From NCBI GenBank assembly GCA_963827165.1, contig CAWGZR010000011.1, positions 32,001 through 96,000 on the forward strand: DNA of 64,000 nucleotides, written 5' to 3'. Source of the DNA: Candidatus Bathyarchaeota archaeon. GTDB lineage: Archaea > Thermoproteota > Bathyarchaeia > Bathyarchaeales > Bathycorpusculaceae. Below, piece after piece: positions 58,116-64,000 of this stretch. The stretch's first letter is position 1, and each line of letters starts with the position of its first letter. Under the pieces are notes generated by a model. The model was not told where the DNA came from. It searched no databases and worked only from the letters and a program-made list of their open reading frames with translations. Both the position numbers and the translations under genes were made by a program.

Positions 58116-59219
58116 ATGCAGAACCGCGTGGTTATGCTTGTAGATTTTGACTATTTCTATGCTCAATGCGAGGAGCTTCGTAACCCCGCCATAAGGGACA
58201 AACCCGTTGTGGTCGGGGTTTACTCGGGTCGCACAGAGGAAAGCGGAGCCGTCAGCACAAGCAACTACATAGCTAGAAAATACGGGGTTAAATCAGGATT
58301 GCCTTTGTTCATGGCTAAGCGCAAGCTTGAGGGCACCGAGGCAGTTTTCCTGCCCGTTGATCACGAATACTATGAGCAAATAAGCGACCGTATAATGCAA
58401 CTGCTCAAGGGATACGCAACCAGCCTTGAGCAAGTAAGCGTTGATGAGGCTTACCTTGATGTTACGGAGCAGGTACAAGACAGTTTTGAGAAGGCAAAAG
58501 AGTATGCCCAAAAAATAAAAACCGAAGTTAAAATTCAAGCGGGACTCTCCTTTTCGGTCGGTGTTGGTCCGAACAAACTTGTTGCTAAGATTGCCTGCGA
58601 CAGCCAGAAACCCGACGGCTTGACAATAGTGAAGCCTGAGGAAGCGAAGAGTTTTCTTGCGCCTTTAGCTGTAGATCGGCTCTTGGGCGTGGGAAAGAAG
58701 ACTTCTGCAGTTATGGAATCTTTAGGGATCAAAACAGTCGGGGACCTGGCGGTCTTTGATGTTCAAAAGCTCGTAGCTATATGGGGAAAAATACTGGGTG
58801 TCTATTTCCACAATGCAGCCAATGCCGTTGATAATGATCCTGTCCAAGAGCAGGGCGAAGCCGAATCCATAAGCCGAATCGGCACTCTCAAGCAGGATTC
58901 CCGTGACTTGGAATTTATTCTACAAAAAACCGAAGATTTAACCGAAGACGTGGCAAAAGATGTGGCGGTTAGAAACTTGAGTTTTAGGCAAGTGGCAATA
59001 TACGTTGTGCTTACTGATTTAAGCTGCAAAAGCAGGTCTGTGACACTTGAGCAGCCGGCTAAAGATAGGCAAACAATTAGGAGAAACGTCAAGGATCTAT
59101 TTGAAAAATTCTTGAGTGAAACCCCGTTTGATGTCCGAAGGGTCGGTGTCAAAGTTTCAGGGTTCAGCAAAGAAGAACGCCATCAAAGACAGTTGACAAA
59201 TTTTTTCCAAACTAGCTGA
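58116..59219 (+). CDS. dinB: DNA polymerase IV (Y family, Dpo4/Dbh)
   Basis: DFDYFYAQ, NYIARKYGVKSG, SVDEAYLD, NKLVAKIA, KPDG. Confidence 0.95.
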   Translation: MQNRVVMLVDFDYFYAQCEELRNPAIRDKPVVVGVYSGRTEESGAVSTSNYIARKYGVKSGLPLFMAKRKLEGTEAVFLPVDHEYYEQISDRIMQLLKGYATSLEQVSVDEAYLDVTEQVQDSFEKAKEYAQKIKTEVKIQAGLSFSVGVGPNKLVAKIACDSQKPDGLTIVKPEEAKSFLAPLAVDRLLGVGKKTSAVMESLGIKTVGDLAVFDVQKLVAIWGKILGVYFHNAANAVDNDPVQEQGEAESISRIGTLKQDSRDLEFILQKTEDLTEDVAKDVAVRNLSFRQVAIYVVLTDLSCKSRSVTLEQPAKDRQTIRRNVKDLFEKFLSETPFDVRRVGVKVSGFSKEERHQRQLTNFFQTS

Positions 59220-59270
59220 CTTCGCAAACTTTTATTCTATGAATCCCATTAAGTTTTACAGGTAAAATCT

Positions 59271-59867
59271 TTGAGTTGTGCGGAGTCAAACAAGAAGAAA
59301 CTGCCTCCTAATCAAGAAGCGACAGCTCGTCTTTTGCGTTGGGGAATTGACCATCCTGGCATTACCTCCACTAACCCTCAGCTTAAGCTCGAAACTTATA
59401 CATTAAGCGTCGATGGAGAGGTAGAAAATCCGGTTACCCTCAGCTGGAATGACTTCATGAAGCTTCCCAAAACCGTTTCAATAAGTGATTTCCACTGTGT
59501 CGAAGGCTGGAGCGTTATAGACTGCAAATGGGAAGGCATAACCATCCGCGAAATCGAAAAACTCGTAAAACCCAAAGACGTAGCGAAAGCTGTGACTTTT
59601 GAATCAGCGGACTCCTATACGACTTCGCTTTTCCGTGAAGAACTCCAAAGCAATGATGTACTTTTAGCCTACAAACTAAACGATGTCGTGCTTGAAGAAG
59701 GCTACGGTTTTCCAGTACGCCTCGTGGTTCCAAGCAAATACGCTTACAAAAGCGCTTTGTGGGTGGTGCATCTGCAATTTACCCGCGGCAAAGCTTTAGG
59801 TTTCTGGGAAAGACGAGGGTACAGCGACAGTGCCGATGTCTGGAAAAATGACCGTTTTAGACGGTGA
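59271..59867 (+). CDS. Molybdopterin-dependent oxidoreductase (sulfite oxidase/YedY-like)
   Basis: DFHCVEGWS, GFPVRLVVP..YAYKS..W, GFWE.RGY. Confidence 0.9.
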   Translation: MSCAESNKKKLPPNQEATARLLRWGIDHPGITSTNPQLKLETYTLSVDGEVENPVTLSWNDFMKLPKTVSISDFHCVEGWSVIDCKWEGITIREIEKLVKPKDVAKAVTFESADSYTTSLFREELQSNDVLLAYKLNDVVLEEGYGFPVRLVVPSKYAYKSALWVVHLQFTRGKALGFWERRGYSDSADVWKNDRFRR

Positions 59868-60010
59868 AATGCGGCATTGGAATAACAACGCTTCATACGC
59901 CGATTATTTTCGTGCGATACTTTTCATGATTATAAATAACTATTTTGAATCATGATAACGTTTATAAGCTTGCTTTAATACCGTTGGGGAACATTAAGAG
60001 GTTAAAACTT

Positions 60011-60175
60011 ATGTCTCAAGATAACGCAGAGGCACAAACCCAAAAATGCAAACTGCTACCCGAAAGCATCCCTGACGGATGCGCGGTTATAACAGCAGAC
60101 GGCAGCAAACTGGAAGTGCCTTTACAAAAAAGAAAAGAAGACGCCAAAAAGACACTTTATCTGAACAGGGTCTAA
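60011..60175 (+). CDS. Small hypothetical protein
   Basis: GAGG before the ATG at 60011; no motif. Confidence 0.4.
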   Translation: MSQDNAEAQTQKCKLLPESIPDGCAVITADGSKLEVPLQKRKEDAKKTLYLNRV

Positions 60176-60276
60176 GACTGAGCACTGCGTGTCTTGGGGT
60201 AAAATCGCTTTTTATGCGCTTTAAGTCTTTTATACTCGTTAGGTTATCCGCTTAAAGCGGATGAGGCCACGAAAAA

Positions 60277-60723
60277 TTGGATTACACAGAAGCTAAAACT
60301 GGGCGAGTATTCATTCTGAGACTTCACCAAGGCGAGCGTATTAATGAGGTGGCGGAAAAATTTGCTGCCGAAAAACAAGTTCAAAGCGCAGTATGCTTCT
60401 TTTTAGGAGGGGCAGAAGATAAAAGCAAAGTTGTCGTCGGACCGAAATATGGCAAAATCTTTCCCCCTGAACCCATGGTAACTTTGCTCAAGGGTGTTCA
60501 CGAAGGCTGCGGCGTAGGAACCATTTTCACTGACGAGCAAGGCAAACCGAAGTTGCATATGCATGCGAGTTTTGGACGAAATGACAACACTGTTACTGGC
60601 TGCGTTCGTTTAGGAGTGGATGTTTGGCAAATCGGTGAAGTTGTTATACTGGAGCTTACAGGTGCATCTGCTAGGCGAGCTAAAGATAAGGATACAGGTT
60701 TTGAACTTTTAGACGTTGGTTAA
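60277..60723 (+). CDS. PPC domain (DUF296) protein
   Basis: RLHQGE, GTI, KLHMHASFG, GEVVI. Confidence 0.85.
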   Translation: MDYTEAKTGRVFILRLHQGERINEVAEKFAAEKQVQSAVCFFLGGAEDKSKVVVGPKYGKIFPPEPMVTLLKGVHEGCGVGTIFTDEQGKPKLHMHASFGRNDNTVTGCVRLGVDVWQIGEVVILELTGASARRAKDKDTGFELLDVG

Positions 60724-60726
60724 GTG

Positions 60727-62388
60727 TTAAGTTTGGGTCTGGTTGAAGCGTACTAGGAAGAGCCTATTGGGCATTTGACCAAAGAACGGCTGGTCCGTTG
60801 GGACTCCGAACCTTCCCGTGCTGTAGATGACCTGTAGAATCTGCGCGTAAGTTAACGAAGTGTTGTAAAACGGCGTGTTCGACCCGTAATCGTAAAGAAT
60901 CAAGTATTTGACGTTGCGTTGTTCACATAAGTTTAGGAATTGGGTTATGTTGAAGTCGGGTGTGAAAGTGTCCACGGCAAGTTCTGGGTACTGCCAAATC
61001 TGGTTCTGAGACATGCTTGCCGGCATATAAAACCAAAACATGTCTTGATAAAGCATGTTGGAAGCGCAGACAATCACCGCTGATTGGTTTTGATCTAAAT
61101 GACCTGCAAGATAGTTTGTTGTGGCTTGAATGGGAATGCCAATCTCATCCCTAGCAGTCATTTCATAAGAGTTATAACTAGTGTAAGCTATTGTGGAGGC
61201 AGCGAGGAAAATAAAGATGACCGCCGCAAGCTTCTTGGTTCGAACACCGCTCACATCCAAAGGTTTTGGTTTCCATGAGTGCACTTTCCCATACAGAAAG
61301 GCGACGAAGCTGGCTGCTGAGATGGCTAAAATCGGAAAAAGCACGTCCACGTAACGCCATTGCTTATCCGGGATTGCAGTGAAGAAAGCATAAACCACTA
61401 TGAACCAAGTGAGCAGAAAGACGTCTTGCTTTTTTCGTCGATAGGCAAACAACCCTAAACCGCAAAGACCCAAAGCCATGACTGGTATCGATACGGGATT
61501 GACTGGGACTCCGCTAAAAGGTGCGGCCATCTCAATCAAGTAGAAAACTGGGAGGAAGAAACGGTTGCTGTAGGACGGTCTGTTCTGTCCGCCAACGTTC
61601 ACGACGTAAAGAATGGTTTGGAATTTCGATGAACCGGCAAACTGGTAAATCATAACAAACCAAGGCACCACCACAACAATAGCTATCAGGATTATGACTG
61701 TCAGCTTTAGAAGACTTATTTTCAATCTTTTTCTGCTCAAAAATAGTATGCTCACAAGCATTGCTAATGCCGCAACCAAAATTTGGTATTTTGCCAAGAT
61801 GCCGATGCCCAAGGCTAAGCCGCTTAAAACAAGCGCCTTGTTGCTGTTGTTGCTTATCCAAGTGTAAAAAAGGAACATAACAAGGGTGAAAAAGAATATG
61901 AGTACAGTTTCAAGCAATGTTACTCTTGAAACCCAAAAGAACCCAGGCATAGTTGCAAGCAAAACACTTGCGATTAAGGCATTTCTAGCTCCGTAGATGC
62001 GTTGGGAAAACTCAAACACAACCCAAAGCGCAAGCAAAGCAAAAGTTACTGAAACCAGCCGTCCTGCGACGGCGCTTATGCCAAAAACTTTCAAGTAACC
62101 CGCTGTTATCAAGTCAAAAAACGGCGGATAATACCCGTTTACCGAAAGATACGTCCATGTCTGCCCTCGAGTTAGAAGCAAGCCACCGTAAAGATGAGGC
62201 ATCTCGTCCCATTGAGGCGACATGAATCCTAGGCTTAACGTAAGTAGGTAAGCGTAGAGCACTGCAAAAGCGAGGAAAGCCAACCGCCACTTGTTGGCTT
62301 TGACAGCAAGTTTAAGCTTATTTGCCGCAGAGATGCTGCCTGCCTGTTGGGTTGCACCCTGAGCTGTCTTTGGTTGGTTAATGGTCAG
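60727..62388 (-). CDS. GT-C (ArnT/PMT_2, GT39-like) membrane glycosyltransferase
   Basis: WDE, YPP, GRL, LAKY, RY; in-frame CTG at 62388 after GGAG (track start 62283). Confidence 0.85.
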   Translation of the reverse strand: MTINQPKTAQGATQQAGSISAANKLKLAVKANKWRLAFLAFAVLYAYLLTLSLGFMSPQWDEMPHLYGGLLLTRGQTWTYLSVNGYYPPFFDLITAGYLKVFGISAVAGRLVSVTFALLALWVVFEFSQRIYGARNALIASVLLATMPGFFWVSRVTLLETVLIFFFTLVMFLFYTWISNNSNKALVLSGLALGIGILAKYQILVAALAMLVSILFLSRKRLKISLLKLTVIILIAIVVVVPWFVMIYQFAGSSKFQTILYVVNVGGQNRPSYSNRFFLPVFYLIEMAAPFSGVPVNPVSIPVMALGLCGLGLFAYRRKKQDVFLLTWFIVVYAFFTAIPDKQWRYVDVLFPILAISAASFVAFLYGKVHSWKPKPLDVSGVRTKKLAAVIFIFLAASTIAYTSYNSYEMTARDEIGIPIQATTNYLAGHLDQNQSAVIVCASNMLYQDMFWFYMPASMSQNQIWQYPELAVDTFTPDFNITQFLNLCEQRNVKYLILYDYGSNTPFYNTSLTYAQILQVIYSTGRFGVPTDQPFFGQMPNRLFLVRFNQTQT

Positions 62389-62871
62389 CCTCTCTCCCTT
62401 TGGAAAAGCATTATTTCAAACCATATAAAAAAGCGTTTGTTAAATCCGCTTTATGCCTCTAACTTTTCTCAAGGACCTGCTCACTCGCTTACAGTTGTCC
62501 GCCTCCCTGTGGCTGTTGAAAACGATTTTAAGGCGGTGGTGCGAGCTCTCAACCTCTGGTTACTTCTGCGAAGGTAATTCTAGGGTTTTTTAATGCAAAC
62601 GTAACATCATTTTATTTCAAAGTCAACGATAAACTATGGTGGACTCGTTCACTCTTTTAAAAGCTTAGGGCATAGATTGGCAATATTTTGCAAATTTAGT
62701 CCCGATTCAAGCTCCATCAAGATCGAATAACGTGAGATTTTGAACTTGCAGGTTCAATTTACTTGCATCAAACCACTTGCGGATCTACTCTTTTACCCAA
62801 AAGAGTCTTATGGCAGCAGCTGAAAATGTATTGAAACCAAGCGTGCTCTAAGAGTTGACAAGTGCCTGAAC

Positions 62872-63582
62872 ATGAAATTGTCGATCGTCATTCCTGCGTT
62901 TAACGAAGAAAAAAGGATCAAGCACACTTTGGAATGCTTGGTCGAACGATTCAACGGTTCATGCGAGATTTTGGTTGTGTCTGAAAGCACTGATAAAACG
63001 AATGAAATTGTAACTGAATTCTCCAAGAGCTCGCCTTATGTGGGGCTTGTGACCTCGTCGAAAAGACTCGGGAAAGGGGGCGCTTTCAAGAAGGGTTTTG
63101 CGAATTCTCATGGGGAAGTCGTCATGCTCCTCGACTCGGACCTTCCTGTTTCAATCTCAGACGTCGAAAAATTGATTTTTGCTATGGGCGAAGTCGATGT
63201 TGCCATTGCTTCAAGAGAGGTCGATGGAACAATAATTTTGGTTGAGCGTCCCTTCACAAGGGAGTTTGCGAGCAAGGCTTTCTCCTTGTTTTTTAATGTG
63301 CTGTTTGATCTAGGCGTGAAGGATACTCAATGTGGCTGCAAAGCCTTCAAAAGGGAAGTGCTGCAAGATGTTCTTTGCAAAGTTGAGAGTAACGGCTTCG
63401 AGTTTGACGCGGAATTGCTCTTTAAGTGCAAGAGAAAAGGGTACACTGTAAAAGAGATTCCTGTAACTTGGAGTTATAAGGCTGACTCGAAGCTGGATCT
63501 ATCTACGGACATGTTGAAGATGGCGATGGGTGTTCTCAAGTTCTGGGCAAAAAACATGCGCCGAACATCAGACTTGAGTTGA
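62872..63582 (+). CDS. GT2 dolichyl-phosphate glycosyltransferase
   Basis: SIVIPAFNEE, GKG.A, DSD, DTQCGCKAF, FDAELL. Confidence 0.92.
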   Translation: MKLSIVIPAFNEEKRIKHTLECLVERFNGSCEILVVSESTDKTNEIVTEFSKSSPYVGLVTSSKRLGKGGAFKKGFANSHGEVVMLLDSDLPVSISDVEKLIFAMGEVDVAIASREVDGTIILVERPFTREFASKAFSLFFNVLFDLGVKDTQCGCKAFKREVLQDVLCKVESNGFEFDAELLFKCKRKGYTVKEIPVTWSYKADSKLDLSTDMLKMAMGVLKFWAKNMRRTSDLS

Positions 63583-63724
63583 AGACACGTTCCTGAACTG
63601 AAAAACAGCTGCGAAGTTTTCGTCGATTTATTTAAATATTTCCGTTTCTTTTCTCTTTCACGCTTTTACAGTGAGGTTCTGGTTGTGCTGGATATGTCTG
63701 AGAAAAGAACAAAGGAGGTTCAAT

Positions 63725-64000
63725 TTGTCGCAGAAAGATAATAGACGTTTATCGTTGGAAAAAGTTATGAAAGAACACAATTACCAAGAAAGCGCTCTTT
63801 TAGAAATCCTTCATCGCGCCCAAGAGATCTACGGCTATTTGGATAAGGATTTACTTATTGACATTTCTCAATCGCTCAATCTCCCACCGAGCCACGTTTA
63901 TGGTGTCGCAACCTTCTATAGCTTCTTCAAATTTAAACAGCAAGGCCAACACATTGTCACGGGTTGCTTGGGGACTGCCTGCTACGTGAAAGATGTTGAG
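63725..64000 (+). CDS. NuoE/HoxE-like [2Fe-2S] subunit, runs off the window
   Basis: AAGGAGG plus TTG; LLEILHRAQEIYGYL...VYGVATFYSFF...CLGTACYVK. Confidence 0.88.
   Translation, partial: MSQKDNRRLSLEKVMKEHNYQESALLEILHRAQEIYGYLDKDLLIDISQSLNLPPSHVYGVATFYSFFKFKQQGQHIVTGCLGTACYVKDVE

Noticed and set aside
57209-59230. 11-bp direct repeat CTTCGCAAACT flanking the SPL-like gene and dinB
   Set aside because: No recombinase or TIRs; compatible with chance or promoter similarity
62636-62647. TGGTGGACTCG resembling a reversed tRNA 3' end (att site)
   Set aside because: Too short and no matching tRNA in the window
12041-63026. Many antisense or alternate-frame ORFs in the track (e.g. 12347-12694, 13027-13548, 41524-42060, 48831-49091)
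   Set aside because: They mostly shadow well-supported genes and show no motifs
1-64000. CRISPR array, cas genes or rRNA
   Set aside because: None seen

Overview
Archaeal genomic window; gene content and style suggest Bathyarchaeia or another TACK lineage (inference). It opens with a cysteine/sulfur cluster: ThiI-like tail, HTH regulator, cystathionine gamma-lyase, cystathionine beta-synthase, HTH-CBS regulator, cysK, cysE and tRNA-Cys, with repeated TATAAC-N3-GTTATA boxes. A complete 4889-bp IS6-family cargo transposon splits this cluster (4285-9173; 24-bp perfect TIRs, 9-bp target duplication). It carries a Clp-fold protease and an operon of a wHTH-PUR-like protein, a divergent TGT-fold protein and a non-canonical tRNA-like gene. 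Next come valS and trpEGDCBA. trpE has no in-frame start and is overlapped by a Trp-containing leader with a prfB-like CTT-TGG-C site, a candidate Trp-sensing +1 frameshift. The rest holds tRNA-Lys, a Tfx/FmdE/metal-ABC/CooC cluster, uvrBAC, SSB, a decayed mobile patch, a DUF35-HMG-CoA synthase fusion beside a degenerate thiolase, pncB, an ABC exporter, uppP, NRAMP/DtxR, an SPL-like radical SAM with dinB, glycosyltransferases and the start of a HoxE/NuoE gene. Several single-base lesions may be assembly errors. All family calls come from motif recognition, not database searches.
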